The position numbers and the translations under genes are program-made. The notes below the pieces were generated by a model that made no database searches, was not told the DNA's origin, and saw only the letters and a list, made by a program, of their open reading frames with translations. From NCBI GenBank assembly GCA_026646335.1, contig JAPKFY010000001.1:1-62407 (forward strand): 62,407 bases of DNA, written 5' to 3'. This DNA is from Aequorivita sp. Lineage in GTDB: Bacteria > Bacteroidota > Bacteroidia > Flavobacteriales > Flavobacteriaceae. The first letter of the stretch is position 1. Every line of letters begins with the position of its first letter. Shown piece after piece: positions 20,562-31,031 of the stretch.

Positions 20562-21638
20562 ATGGAAGAAATCCGCAAACACTTTCCAGCTTTAGAATCT
20601 TGTATTTATCTAAACACCGCTTCAAACGGCGTAATCCCTAAACCTGTTATTGAATGGCGACGGCAGCACGATTTGGATTTGATGAACCACGCGAGCGTTT
20701 TCCGCGACAAACACAAACTTCACATGGAACAAATTAGGGGTACAGTCTCTCGTTTTTTTGATGCTTCCACAGATGAAACCGCTTTGTTGCCAAATATTTC
20801 CTTCGGGATAAATACCGTTTTGGAAGGACTTCCGAAGGGACAAAAGATTCTGCTTCTTAAAAATGATTATCCGTCCATAAACTGGCCCGTCGAAACCCGT
20901 GATTTTGATGTTTGTTATGCAGTGATTGACGAAAATTTGGAAAAAAATATAGAAGAAGCTGTGGCAAAACACAAACCGGATGTTTTTATGTTCAGCATCG
21001 TGCAATGGCTAACCGGAATTAAAATAGATTTTGAATTTCTGAAACAGTTGAAAAGCTATCATCCAAATCTTCTTTTGATCGCAGACGGCACGCAATATTT
21101 GGGAACGGAGCATTTCAGTTTTGCAGATAATGCCATCGATGTTTTGGGCGCCAGTGCCTACAAATGGTTGACAGCTGGTTACGGAAATGGTTTTGTAATG
21201 GTGAAGAAATCTGTGAGGGAACGAATTTTTCCGAAGACAATAGGTTTCAATTCCGCGGAACGTTTTGAAAGTCTGGCTGCGGAAACCGCTTTTATGAAAC
21301 ATTTTGAACCAGGGCATCAAGACACTTTAAATTATGGGAGTTTGGAGCAGGCCATGTGGTTTCAGGAAAAGCAGGGGAAGGAGAATTTGTATCGAAGAAT
21401 CGCTTCTCTTTCTGCCAAAGCAAAAGAACGTTTTACCGAAATGGGATTACTAAAAAAAGATACACTGCTTCGCGAAAAGCATTCTTCTATTTATAATTTG
21501 AAGGGAGATGAAGCGCTATTTGAAAAACTGCGTGAGAACGACATTATTTGTTCTCCGCGTGGAGGCGGAATTCGGGTTAGCTTTCACTATTACAATACGG
21601 ACGAGGAGTTGGATAGACTTGTTGGGATTTTGAGCTGA
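20562..21638 (+). CDS. Class V PLP-dependent aminotransferase (cysteine desulfurase/C-S lyase-like)
   Basis: IYLNTASNG, ADGTQ, SAYKW and IRVSFHYYN motifs; likely ATG at 20562. Confidence 0.8.
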   Translation: MEEIRKHFPALESCIYLNTASNGVIPKPVIEWRRQHDLDLMNHASVFRDKHKLHMEQIRGTVSRFFDASTDETALLPNISFGINTVLEGLPKGQKILLLKNDYPSINWPVETRDFDVCYAVIDENLEKNIEEAVAKHKPDVFMFSIVQWLTGIKIDFEFLKQLKSYHPNLLLIADGTQYLGTEHFSFADNAIDVLGASAYKWLTAGYGNGFVMVKKSVRERIFPKTIGFNSAERFESLAAETAFMKHFEPGHQDTLNYGSLEQAMWFQEKQGKENLYRRIASLSAKAKERFTEMGLLKKDTLLREKHSSIYNLKGDEALFEKLRENDIICSPRGGGIRVSFHYYNTDEELDRLVGILS

Positions 21639-21689
21639 TAAGTCGATGAGTTGAGAAGTTTAAAAGTTTAGGAAGGTTAATATTCTGTA

Positions 21690-22661
21690 TTAATCCTTTC
21701 TAAAAACGTAATTTTTATAATAGCCTTTTTCATCTGTAAAAGAAGTTTCAATTTTGAGACCGGATTCTTTTGCCAGCCAACTCACAATTTTATCATTGTA
21801 TTTCTGGGATATTTCAGTATGGATGGTTTCCCATTCGTCAAAATTTACTGTTAGGTTTATGGCTTCAACCTTTACTTGCATAGCTTCCGTGGCAACTAAA
21901 AAACTTTTGGCCGTACCGGTTTCTGGATCATAAACTGCCCAATGTTTGAATTTTTCTATCCGAAAGTTTCCATCCAATTCACGATTTATTCTTGTTAAGA
22001 CGTTTTTGTTGAAAGCTTCCGTTATACCGGTTTCATCATTATAGGCATCCAAAATATTCTGTGGGTTCTTTTTTTGATCAAAACCCATAAAAAGTAAATC
22101 ATCAGGAAGCATGGCATCTTTCAATTTTGAGAGAAATTCGATTGCTTTTGGGTGTTTTAGGTTGCCAATGTTGCTTCCCAAAACCATAATTACCTTTTTC
22201 CGTTTGTTGAAACCCTTTAGTCTTTCCAGCACTTCAAAATATTCGCCTACTTCGGCATCAACGTTTAAGGTTGGCATTTCTTTGGCGAGATTGTTGGAAA
22301 TCATTTCAACGGCATTTTCACTGATGTCTATGGGTTTATAGATGAAATTGAAATTGTTTTCGGTCATGTATTTCAACAAAACCTTTGTTTTTTTGCCATC
22401 ACCAGCGCCCAATTCTATTAAGTCCAAACCATTTTTGCGATCGCGAAAAAGTTCGCCGATGGTTTCGGTATGTGTGGAAAGTATCTGAAACTCGCAACCC
22501 GTGAGATAGTATTCCGGCATCGCCATAATATCCTGAAAAAGCTTATCGCCTTTTTTATCGTAAAAATATTTTGACGATAAATATTTGGGATTAGCACTCA
22601 GGCCTTCGAAAACTTGTTTTTTAAAAGTCGTGTCCAATAAAGTTGCGGCAGTTGTATTCAT
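21690..22661 (-). CDS. egtD: L-histidine N-alpha-methyltransferase
   Basis: LSSKYFYD, MPEYYLT, IELGAGDG.KT, AYND and TEISQKY motifs. Confidence 0.92.
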   Translation of the reverse strand: MNTTAATLLDTTFKKQVFEGLSANPKYLSSKYFYDKKGDKLFQDIMAMPEYYLTGCEFQILSTHTETIGELFRDRKNGLDLIELGAGDGKKTKVLLKYMTENNFNFIYKPIDISENAVEMISNNLAKEMPTLNVDAEVGEYFEVLERLKGFNKRKKVIMVLGSNIGNLKHPKAIEFLSKLKDAMLPDDLLFMGFDQKKNPQNILDAYNDETGITEAFNKNVLTRINRELDGNFRIEKFKHWAVYDPETGTAKSFLVATEAMQVKVEAINLTVNFDEWETIHTEISQKYNDKIVSWLAKESGLKIETSFTDEKGYYKNYVFRKD

Positions 22662-22677
22662 AAAAAGATAGTCGTAA

Positions 22678-23841
22678 TTATTTCGCTAACCTTAATCCAG
22701 TATATTGCCAGCGCAAATTGGTTTGAAAAAAATTGCGATAGGTGTGTCTTGTGTGTTTTGGGGAAGTAGCCACCGAGCCTCCCCGAAGTACTTTTTGGTT
22801 AACCATAAATTTTCCGTTGTATTCCCCGATGGCACCGGGAGCCTTGGCGTAAGCGGGGTAAGGCAGGTATGCGCTTTCAGTCCATTCCCAACGGCTGCCC
22901 CATTCAAAGTATTTTTGGGCGGCTTCCCATTCAAATTCGGTTGGCAGACGGCAATCTTTCCATTGTGCAAAAGCAAAAGCTTCGTAGTAGGAAATGTGTG
23001 AGACGGCAACGTCCAAATTTAATTTTTGGGGCCCCTGCAAAGTGTACTGATGCCATTGCCCATCAATATGGTGCCAATACATTGGTGCCGAAATATTGTT
23101 TTGCTTTACCCAATCCCAGCCTTCAGCGTGCCAAAGGTTGAAATCTTTGTAGCCACCTGCGTTTATAAATTCAAGATATTCGTCATTGGCAATGAGTTTG
23201 TTTGAAATTTTATAATCGTGAAGATATACTTTGTGACGCCCCAATTCATTGTCATAACAGAATTCTTCGGGATTATTGTGACCAATTTCATAAATGCCTT
23301 CTTTCATTGAAATCCATTGTTGTTTAAAGTCTTGAACCGGATTTTCTAAAAAAGAATCGCTGTATTTTGGCAGCAACGGATTGTTGCCGAGAATGTATTT
23401 AATGTCTGTTATTAGAAGTTCTTGGTGTTGCTTTTCGTGATGGATTCCTATTAAAAGAATTTCTTCCAACTCTTCTGAAATTTCTTCAGAAAGAAAATCT
23501 TTCATTTCGTTGGTGACGTATTGTCGATAATCATAAACCTTCGCCACGCCAGGACGGGAGAGGTTTCCGCGGTCATTTCTAATTACGCGTTTCCCAACAT
23601 TTTCGTAATAACTATTGAAAACAAAAGCGAAGTCTTCGTGAAAAAGCCGGTACCCTTTTTTCTGAGGCTTCAAGACGAATTCCTCAAAAAACCATGTTGT
23701 GTGGCCCAGATGCCATTTTGGAGGCGAAACGTCCACAATGGGCTGGACAACGTAGTCTTCAATTTCCAGTGGTTTGCAAATATCTTCACTATGTTGGCGG
23801 GTTTCGAGGAAAAACGAAACCAAAGAATCTGTTACTATCAT
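22678..23841 (-). CDS. egtB: Ergothioneine biosynthesis sulfoxide synthase
   Basis: SPPKWHLGHT, HEKQHQE metal site, FGE-like C-terminus (RLPTEFEWE, EYNGKFM). Confidence 0.92.
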   Translation of the reverse strand: MIVTDSLVSFFLETRQHSEDICKPLEIEDYVVQPIVDVSPPKWHLGHTTWFFEEFVLKPQKKGYRLFHEDFAFVFNSYYENVGKRVIRNDRGNLSRPGVAKVYDYRQYVTNEMKDFLSEEISEELEEILLIGIHHEKQHQELLITDIKYILGNNPLLPKYSDSFLENPVQDFKQQWISMKEGIYEIGHNNPEEFCYDNELGRHKVYLHDYKISNKLIANDEYLEFINAGGYKDFNLWHAEGWDWVKQNNISAPMYWHHIDGQWHQYTLQGPQKLNLDVAVSHISYYEAFAFAQWKDCRLPTEFEWEAAQKYFEWGSRWEWTESAYLPYPAYAKAPGAIGEYNGKFMVNQKVLRGGSVATSPKHTRHTYRNFFQTNLRWQYTGLRLAK

Positions 23842-23855
23842 AAAAAAAGTGTTGC

Positions 23856-23873
23856 TCCCGATAGCTATCGGGA
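23856..23873. repeat. Short palindromic repeat TCCCGATAGCTATCGGGA
   Basis: Perfect palindrome; a related copy lies at 43940-43957. Confidence 0.7.
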
Positions 23874-23955
23874 TTTTGACGACACTTTAAATATAATTAT
23901 TAAAATTGTTTAAGACTATTTAACCAGCGTTAAACAGTTGTTAAACTAGCTTTCG

Positions 23956-24468
23956 CTACTTATCTTTTTGAGGTTTATTGGGTTTTTTACCCACTCTTTT
24001 TGGGGGTTCAACTTTAAAAATAATTGGCAGTGAATAAAGCACTCCTACTGCCTCTCCTCGTTGTTTTCCAGGTTTCATTTGGGGTAGACTGTTAATCACA
24101 CGAACGGCTTCACTTTCAATCTCAGGATAATCTGCACGGGCCCGAACGTCTACCACATTGCCTTGTTTGTCAATTTTAAATTGCACGGCACTTCTGTAAA
24201 GTTTTGGAGGCAAATCCATTGCGTCAATCATATTCATGTCAAAATTCTTTATTACAAAATCTGTAATTTTATCCGACATACATTTTTTCAATTCCTCGTT
24301 ATCGTCACCCTCGCAGCCGGGATAAACCGGGACATTCTCAATTACTGCAAAAGGAACATCTGCTGCTTCAATTTGGGATTCTGAAATTTCAGTTGCTGTG
24401 CCTTCCTGCGCAAACGAAATTGAAGTGTACAATAAAAAACAGATTAGTAATTGTAAGGATTTAAACAT
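23956..24468 (-). CDS. TonB C-terminal domain protein
   Basis: VPFAVIENVPVYPGC, FKIDKQG and PGKQRG..V.V.YSLPIIF motifs. Confidence 0.85.
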   Translation of the reverse strand: MFKSLQLLICFLLYTSISFAQEGTATEISESQIEAADVPFAVIENVPVYPGCEGDDNEELKKCMSDKITDFVIKNFDMNMIDAMDLPPKLYRSAVQFKIDKQGNVVDVRARADYPEIESEAVRVINSLPQMKPGKQRGEAVGVLYSLPIIFKVEPPKRVGKKPNKPQKDK

Positions 24469-24902
24469 TATTTTCCAGTTTTAAAATTGAACGGAACCGT
24501 GAAATTAATAGCACGCGGTTTGCCACCTAGCATTCCGGGCTTGGCCATTTTAGGAATTGACATTATGTTTCTCTTGGCCTCTTCTTGTAATTCTTTGGAT
24601 CCGCCACTCACTTTTTTTATTTCAACCAATCCTTTTTCGTTGATAAGGAATTCAACAACAACCCTTCCTTGGTCATTATTTTTGTATGCGGTGGGAGGAT
24701 ATTTAAAGTTTTTGATGATATGTGATGTTAGTTTTTCGTCAAAACATTTGTCGCGCTGTGTGACATCTCCAGCTTCACAGCCGGGCCAAATGGGTGCAAT
24801 TTCTTTAAGCGTTACTTCGTTGGCTACTACATTTCCCCATTCTTCTTGGGCAAAAATGGTTGTGGTGAATAGAATGCAAACTGCAATAAGTAGATTTTTC
24901 AT
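24468..24902 (-). CDS. TonB C-terminal domain protein
   Basis: PIWPGC, FKYP...QGRVVVEFLI and FTVPFNF motifs. Confidence 0.8.
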   Translation of the reverse strand: MKNLLIAVCILFTTTIFAQEEWGNVVANEVTLKEIAPIWPGCEAGDVTQRDKCFDEKLTSHIIKNFKYPPTAYKNNDQGRVVVEFLINEKGLVEIKKVSGGSKELQEEAKRNIMSIPKMAKPGMLGGKPRAINFTVPFNFKTGK

Positions 24903-24924
24903 TTTGGGGAATTTGAGTTAATAA

Positions 24925-25749
24925 TTAAATAGCAACAGCGCCTTTAATGTGGGGGTGCGGATTGTAATCCACAAGTGTAAAGTCATCAAAAGTGAAGCCA
25001 AAAATATCTTTTACATCTGGATTGAGCAACATTTTTGGCAGCGGACGCGGTTCGCGCGACAATTGAAGTGCAACTTGATCAAAATGGTTGCTGTAAACAT
25101 GGGCGTCGCCAAAGGTATGGACAAAATCGCCAGGCTGATATCCGCAAACTTGCGCCATCATCATTGTAAACAATGCATAAGACGCTATGTTGAAAGGAAC
25201 GCCCAAGAAAATATCGGCGCTGCGTTGGTAAAGTTGGCAAGATAATTTTCCATCGGCCACATAAAACTGAAAGAATGCGTGACAAGGTGGAAGCGCGGCT
25301 TTGCCATTGGCCACATTTTCAGCAAAAGGTTTTGAAGTATCGGGCAATACACTGGGATTCCATGCGCTGACCAGCATTCGGCGACTGTCTGGATTCGTTT
25401 TAAGGGTTTGGATAATTTCTGAAATTTGGTCAATCTCCTCACTGTTCCAGTTTCGCCATTGATGGCCATACACAGGGCCTAAGTCGCCATTTTCATCTGC
25501 CCATTCGTTCCAAATGCGCACGCCGTTTTCCTGAAGGTATTTAATATTCGTATCCCCATTCAAAAACCACAAAAGTTCATAGATAATTGATTTTAAGTGA
25601 AGTTTTTTGGTGGTGACCATAGGGAAACCTTCATTGAGGTCAAAGCGCATTTGGTAGCCAAAAACACTTTTGGTGCCTGTGCCTGTGCGGTCTTGTTTTT
25701 CCGTTCCGTTTTCGAGTACGTGTTTTAGGAGGTCGTGGTATTGCTTCAT
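24925..25749 (-). CDS. thyA: Thymidylate synthase
   Basis: DRTGTGT, LPPCH and [14 protein letters not shown] motifs. Confidence 0.97.
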   Translation of the reverse strand: MKQYHDLLKHVLENGTEKQDRTGTGTKSVFGYQMRFDLNEGFPMVTTKKLHLKSIIYELLWFLNGDTNIKYLQENGVRIWNEWADENGDLGPVYGHQWRNWNSEEIDQISEIIQTLKTNPDSRRMLVSAWNPSVLPDTSKPFAENVANGKAALPPCHAFFQFYVADGKLSCQLYQRSADIFLGVPFNIASYALFTMMMAQVCGYQPGDFVHTFGDAHVYSNHFDQVALQLSREPRPLPKMLLNPDVKDIFGFTFDDFTLVDYNPHPHIKGAVAI

Positions 25750-25774
25750 TTGGAAAAAAGTTAAAAGATTAAAG

Positions 25775-26134
25775 TCAAAGGGTTTGTCTGTTAAATTTAA
25801 TAAGTGCAGAAATTCTTTTTTGCAAAACTTGTAACTTTTGAATCAACAAATCCCCTTCTTCGTTGCCTAAAAATTTAAATCTTGGCAAAGTAATAAATGT
25901 GTTTCTAATTCATAAGAAGAACCAAGACTAATTTCAAAAAAATTTAATAAAATCTTTAGTTGATTCTTTTGCAGTCCCTTTGGCAATATTTGCTGGAATT
26001 GATATTACACATCGAGTTATTTGGGAATATAATCCAAATTTTTCTTTCGAAGGTAATTGAGTAGCTAATTCATGCATCTCTAAGACAAGTTTTCGAGCTT
26101 CTGGCCAAACTTCCAACTTTTTAAAATTCCTCAT
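25775..26134 (-). pseudogene. Four-helix bundle (23S rRNA IVS protein family) gene with two frameshifts
   Basis: MRNFKKLEVW..EKFGLYSQ..SIPANIA; continues out of frame as EISLGSSYELETHLLL, then [18 protein letters not shown]; shifts occur in T-runs. Confidence 0.75.
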
Positions 26135-26162
26135 AAAACTTTTATCCTTTTACATTTTTCTT

Positions 26163-27875
26163 TTACCCTATTATCATTCCCGCAATAGTTGCAGAAATAA
26201 GGGAGGCTATCGTTCCGCCGATCAAAGCTTTCATTCCAAATTTGGAAAGGGTTTTACGCTGGCCCGGCGCCAAAGAACCAATCCCTCCAATTTGAATTCC
26301 GATTGATGCGAAATTCGCAAAACCACAAAGCATATAGGTGGCCATAATGATGCTTTTTTCATAATTGAGGTGAAGCTCGTTCTGTACGTTTTTAAGGTCT
26401 GCCAACTGAATATACCCTACAAATTCACTGGCAACGAGTTTAATCCCTAATAGTTGGCCCATCATTACCATATCTTCCTTTGCTACTCCAATAAGCCACA
26501 TTAGAGGGGCGAAGATAGTTCCCAGAATTGCTTCCAAAGAAAGACTTTTATAAGCTGAATTTGCCGCGACCCATTCATTGATGGTTGTAACATCTCCAAC
26601 CCACCCAAGAATTCCATTGAACATGGCAATAAAGGCAACAAAAACCAAAAGCATGGCACCCACGTTTACTGCAAGTCTTAAGCCTTCTGTTGTTCCATTG
26701 GCTATGGCATCCAAAAAGTTGGAGCCAATTTTATCTGAAGAAACTTTTACATCTGTATTAATAGGCTCGGTTTGTGGGAACAATATTTTTGAAATAACAA
26801 TTGCGCCCGGAGCTGCCATCACGGAGGCGGCCAAAAGGTGTTTTGCAAACATCAACCTCAAGGCAGGATCATCACCGCCCAAAAAGCCAATGTAGGCTGC
26901 AAGTACTGCACCCGCAACCGTTGCCATTCCGCCAATCATTACCAAAAGCATTTCGCTCTTGTTCATTTTTTCCAAGTAGGCCTTTATGAGGAGTGGTGCT
27001 TCGGTCTGTCCCAAAAAGATGTTTCCTGCAACGCTTAAACTTTCGGCACCCGAAATATTCAGCAGTTTCGTCAATAACCAACCCATTCCCTTTACAACAA
27101 CTTGGATAATTCCGAAGTAAAAAAGAACTGAGGTCAAGGCTGAGAAAAATATAATTGTCGGTAAAACCTGAAAGGCGAAAATGAAACCGAAAGAGTTGAT
27201 ATCCAGCATTCCGCCGAATAGGAATTCACTTCCTGCTTTTGTGTATTCCAAAACATTCACAAAAAGTTGGCCCACGGTCTCAAAAGCATTTTTTATGAAA
27301 CCTACTTTTAATACCCCAATGGCAATCAGCAACTGAAAGGCAAGACCAATACCAACGGTTTTCCAGTTGATGGCTTTTCTGTTTGCGCTGAAAAGAAATG
27401 CTATTACAAGCAATGAAATCATTCCCAAAATTCCGCGCCAAAGACTTTGCATTGAGAAGCCTTGGCTAGGTATTATTTCTGAAGATTTTACTGCGGTTTG
27501 AGGTGTTGCAGCGGTTTGAACACTTGGAAGTTTTAGTTGGTAAACAAGATTTTTATCTGAAAGTGAAAGTGTGCTATCGGTAATTTGCGAGACGCGAAAC
27601 CTTCTGATGCTGTCATTGGGATTGTTGAAGAAAAGTACAAGCAGATTATTCTGAAAAATATAATCGCCACTGGATTTTAGGCTGTCGATTGGCGATAGTT
27701 GATATTCAAAAGACCCGTTTTTAAGTTTTAGATAATCTTTTTCTGGATTGATGTTGACGATGGAAAGACCGTTTTGGTCTTTTACTTCTGAAAATTGCCA
27801 GGGTTTTTCAATGCTCTGCCCAAAAATGGTTCCGAAGAAAAGCAGTGCGATGGCTACAAGTGTAAATTTCCGCAT
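26163..27875 (-). CDS. NupC/CNT family Na+-dependent nucleoside transporter with an N-terminal soluble domain
   Basis: FAFQVLPTIIFFS, NIFLGQTEAPL, GGMATVAG and LCGFANFASIG motifs. Confidence 0.9.
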   Translation of the reverse strand: MRKFTLVAIALLFFGTIFGQSIEKPWQFSEVKDQNGLSIVNINPEKDYLKLKNGSFEYQLSPIDSLKSSGDYIFQNNLLVLFFNNPNDSIRRFRVSQITDSTLSLSDKNLVYQLKLPSVQTAATPQTAVKSSEIIPSQGFSMQSLWRGILGMISLLVIAFLFSANRKAINWKTVGIGLAFQLLIAIGVLKVGFIKNAFETVGQLFVNVLEYTKAGSEFLFGGMLDINSFGFIFAFQVLPTIIFFSALTSVLFYFGIIQVVVKGMGWLLTKLLNISGAESLSVAGNIFLGQTEAPLLIKAYLEKMNKSEMLLVMIGGMATVAGAVLAAYIGFLGGDDPALRLMFAKHLLAASVMAAPGAIVISKILFPQTEPINTDVKVSSDKIGSNFLDAIANGTTEGLRLAVNVGAMLLVFVAFIAMFNGILGWVGDVTTINEWVAANSAYKSLSLEAILGTIFAPLMWLIGVAKEDMVMMGQLLGIKLVASEFVGYIQLADLKNVQNELHLNYEKSIIMATYMLCGFANFASIGIQIGGIGSLAPGQRKTLSKFGMKALIGGTIASLISATIAGMIIG

Positions 27876-27892
27876 AGATTATTCAAAATTCA

Positions 27893-27971
27893 ACCCTTCA
27901 ACAAGCTCAGGGTGACAAGTTCAAGGTTTAATGTTTACTGTTCAAACCCTTCGCCTGCGCTCAGGGTGACA
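27893..27971. repeat. Two REP-like CCCTTC..GCTCAGGGTGACA elements
   Basis: Copies at 27893-27917 and 27946-27971; a third copy lies at 58724-58745. Confidence 0.7.
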
Positions 27972-28000
27972 AACAAGCAACCGAAAACAGACAGCCGAAA

Positions 28001-28624
28001 TCATTGCCGTTTTGAGATTTCATCCCGTACGCTTGCTGCCTTTTCATAGTTTTCGTTTTTTACGGCTTCATCCAGCATTTTGTTCAATTCACTCAGGCTG
28101 AGCCTGCTGTAATCTTCGCTGGCCGGTTTTACCGATTCTTTATCTTCCCCTAAAATCAAACTTTCTATGACCGCTTCTTCCTTTTTTGAAAGCGATTTTT
28201 TGGAGGTAGAGGTTTTTAGATAAATTCCAGCTTTGTCCAGAATGTTTTTATAGGTAAAAATAGGTGCCTTAAACCGAAGTGCCAGTGCAATGGCATCACT
28301 GGTTCGGGCGTCTATTATTTCTTCAATTTTGTCGCGTTCACATATTATGCTTGAATAGAAAACGCCATCTACCAATTTGTGGATTATTACTTGTTTCACC
28401 ACAATTTCAAAACGGTCAGCAAAGTTTTTGAACAGATCGTGCGTCAATGGACGGGGAGGAGTTATTTCCTTTTCCAGCGCAATGGCGATAGATTGCGCCT
28501 CAAAAGCGCCAATCACTATTGGCAGTTTGCGTTCGCCGTCCACTTCGTTCAAGATGAGGGCATACGCACCATTTTGTGTTTGGCTGTAGGATATTCCTTT
28601 TATGGTAAGTTTTACTAAACTCAT
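28001..28624 (-). CDS. Bifunctional nuclease family (DUF151) protein with a UvrB/UvrC motif
   Basis: LPIVIGAFEAQSIA, RPLTHDL, DARTSDAIALA and ENYEKAA..RDEI motifs. Confidence 0.9.
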   Translation of the reverse strand: MSLVKLTIKGISYSQTQNGAYALILNEVDGERKLPIVIGAFEAQSIAIALEKEITPPRPLTHDLFKNFADRFEIVVKQVIIHKLVDGVFYSSIICERDKIEEIIDARTSDAIALALRFKAPIFTYKNILDKAGIYLKTSTSKKSLSKKEEAVIESLILGEDKESVKPASEDYSRLSLSELNKMLDEAVKNENYEKAASVRDEISKRQ

Positions 28625-28690
28625 TTTCGGTATTCAGTAAGAAGTTCTGTTATCAATTGGTTATAAAATTAACGAAATAATAAACAATAA

Positions 28691-28738
28691 AAAAAGGCTG
28701 TTTAAATTTGGATGTTTCCTTATTTAAACAGCCTTTTT
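28691..28738. terminator. Hairpin terminator upstream of the DUF151 gene
   Basis: AAAAAGGCTGTTTAAAT...ATTTAAACAGCCTTTTT. Confidence 0.65.
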
Positions 28739-29152
28739 CGAAGCACAAATTAATGAAAAATTATGCGTTGGCTTCGGTACAATTTTCTTTTTTTTTTAAA
28801 AAAATTAAAATCCCCTACCTGCCAAGGCGCCACAGGTAGGCCCAGCCACTTTTATATGGGGATTGTCCTTTTTTGTCTTTGGAACAATTTTCCGTCCTTA
28901 AAGTTTATCGGCCACGAGAACAATTTCAGAATCATCGTTCCGCTTCCTTGAATTGTTTAAAGTTGATGATTTTATTTTCAATTAATTTTTTAATTTCACG
29001 GATAAATGAAGAAGCATCGAAATAGATACTGATTTTTTTCCGTGAATTGAATTGGCTGGTATTTTGGAAAAGATTTTTATTATTTCTGCTTATCTTTTCA
29101 TCTGGATTTAAAGAAAGTACTTCGTTGTGTAATTAAACGCATATTTAAAATT

Positions 29153-29746
29153 TTGAAACGGGATCAATCTGAATCATTACGCTTATGGGCGAAGCTACAG
29201 GATGGTAACTTGGAGGCTTTCGGAATGCTTTACGATATTTACATTGACGATCTATTTACATATGGAATGGGTTTTTCTGGGAATAAAAGTGAGGTTATGG
29301 ACTGCATCCACGATCTATTTTTGAATCTTTATAAATATCGAAAAAACCTTTCCCATACAGATCGCGTGGATTTTTATTTAATGCGCTCACTGAAAAATGA
29401 AATAATAAAGCGTATCCAAACCTCAAGAAGGGAACTGGCCACAGTAAATCAAGAAAACATTGGCCCTTTCCAAATATCGGCTGAAGAAGTTTTTATAGCC
29501 AATGAGTGGGAAATGGAACGCTCCAAAAAACTTAGCAGGGCCATAAAGTCACTCAGTAAAAAGCAACGCAAAGGTCTGTCTATGCGCTTCAGTGAAAATT
29601 ATTCTTATGAAGAAATTGCAGAACAAATGAATATTTCTGTGCAATCTTCAAGAACCATGATTTATAGGGCTATCAAAACTTTGCGCGCCCAATTGCAGTA
29701 TCTTATTTTGGTTTGCCAAATATTTTTTTATTTTATTTATAAATAA
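29153..29746 (+). CDS. ECF sigma-70 factor
   Basis: Region 2 (DCIHDLFLNL, YLMRSLKN) and region 4 (SYEEIAEQMNIS); upstream of FecR. Confidence 0.88.
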   Translation: MKRDQSESLRLWAKLQDGNLEAFGMLYDIYIDDLFTYGMGFSGNKSEVMDCIHDLFLNLYKYRKNLSHTDRVDFYLMRSLKNEIIKRIQTSRRELATVNQENIGPFQISAEEVFIANEWEMERSKKLSRAIKSLSKKQRKGLSMRFSENYSYEEIAEQMNISVQSSRTMIYRAIKTLRAQLQYLILVCQIFFYFIYK

Positions 29747-29851
29747 AGTGTCTATATATAGAGAAGTTCTTGCTTATAGTTAAAAGACCTAAGATGGTTT
29801 GATAATTCCGGTACGAACTTTTAACATTTCCAAGCTTATTGGAAAACTTGT

Positions 29852-30910
29852 ATGGCTCACGACGAAAAAAACAACTTAAATTTCCAAAAACTGTCCAGGA
29901 AAGATAAATCACTTTTAAAGAAGCGGATTTATGGTTCCATCTACGCATACAAGCGTAGAAAGTACGCTTTTCGATTTGCGGCGGTAGGTCTTTCTGCCAT
30001 CGTTGCTATATTCTTGTCTTTTTCACTTTTCAATGCTAAGGATCCAAATTCAGCAATTGAAAAATTTGCGGAAATCCACAATGATAAGACTACAAATCAA
30101 GATGTTCAGCTGATCTTAAACGACAATAAAAATATTTCTATCACAGAAAAAGTTGCTCAGATAAGCTATTCCAATTCAGGGGAAGAAGTGAGCATAGGCA
30201 AGTCCAATTCTGTAACTCAGTATGCAGCATCCCCATCAGGGCCCATTTTCAACACATTAATTGTTCCCTTCGGAAAACGATCTGAAATAGTGCTTTCAGA
30301 CGGAAGTAAAGTCTGGCTCAATTCGGGTTCAAAGCTCATATTTCCCGCTCGTTTTACTGGTGAAAAAAGAGAGGTATACCTTGAAGGCGAAGCTATTTTT
30401 GAAGTAAGTCACAATAAAAACAACCCCTTTTTCGTAAAGTCCAAAAACCACGAGATTCAGGTTTTGGGCACCTTGTTCAATGTTAGTAATTATAATGATG
30501 ACAATGCTATTTACACCGTTCTAAAAAGTGGAAGCGTTCAAATAAATTATACTTCAAAGACGCTGTTCAATTCTGAAAAGAATATCAAAATGAAGCCAGG
30601 AACAAAGGTTACGTTTAATAAGACAAAACTAGATGTGAAAGAGACCAATGTTGATGTGGAGCCATATTTTTCTTGGCGCGATGGGGTTTTTATTTTCAAA
30701 AACGACCCTTTGAAGTCTATTATGAAAAAAATATCAAGGTATTACGATGTGGAAATCATTATAACCGATAACGCGAGAGCAAATGAAACATTTTCGGGTT
30801 ATCTGGATGTAAAGGACAGTATTGAGAGCGTCCTAGAAACCATTAAAGAAACAGAACCGCCAGGATTTGAATATAAATTTTCAGCAGACCATAAAATTAT
30901 CATTAACTAA
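29852..30910 (+). CDS. FecR family anti-sigma factor
   Basis: Single TM helix; LSDGSKVWLNSGS, REVYLEGEA.FEV, VLGT.FNV and WRDG motifs. Confidence 0.92.
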   Translation: MAHDEKNNLNFQKLSRKDKSLLKKRIYGSIYAYKRRKYAFRFAAVGLSAIVAIFLSFSLFNAKDPNSAIEKFAEIHNDKTTNQDVQLILNDNKNISITEKVAQISYSNSGEEVSIGKSNSVTQYAASPSGPIFNTLIVPFGKRSEIVLSDGSKVWLNSGSKLIFPARFTGEKREVYLEGEAIFEVSHNKNNPFFVKSKNHEIQVLGTLFNVSNYNDDNAIYTVLKSGSVQINYTSKTLFNSEKNIKMKPGTKVTFNKTKLDVKETNVDVEPYFSWRDGVFIFKNDPLKSIMKKISRYYDVEIIITDNARANETFSGYLDVKDSIESVLETIKETEPPGFEYKFSADHKIIIN

Positions 30911-30949
30911 AAACATTTCAAATTCTAGGCATAAACAGAAAGAAAAAAA

Positions 30950-30975
30950 CTAGAAGATGCGCCAACATCTTCTAG
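30950..30975 (+). promoter_or_regulatory. Hairpin between fecR and susC
   Basis: CTAGAAGATG-CGCCAA-CATCTTCTAG perfect 10-bp stem preceded by an A-run. Confidence 0.5.
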
Positions 30976-31031
30976 CCATTAAAATTAATACCACCATAAA
31001 CACAGCAATATTAACCAACTAACACAAAATT

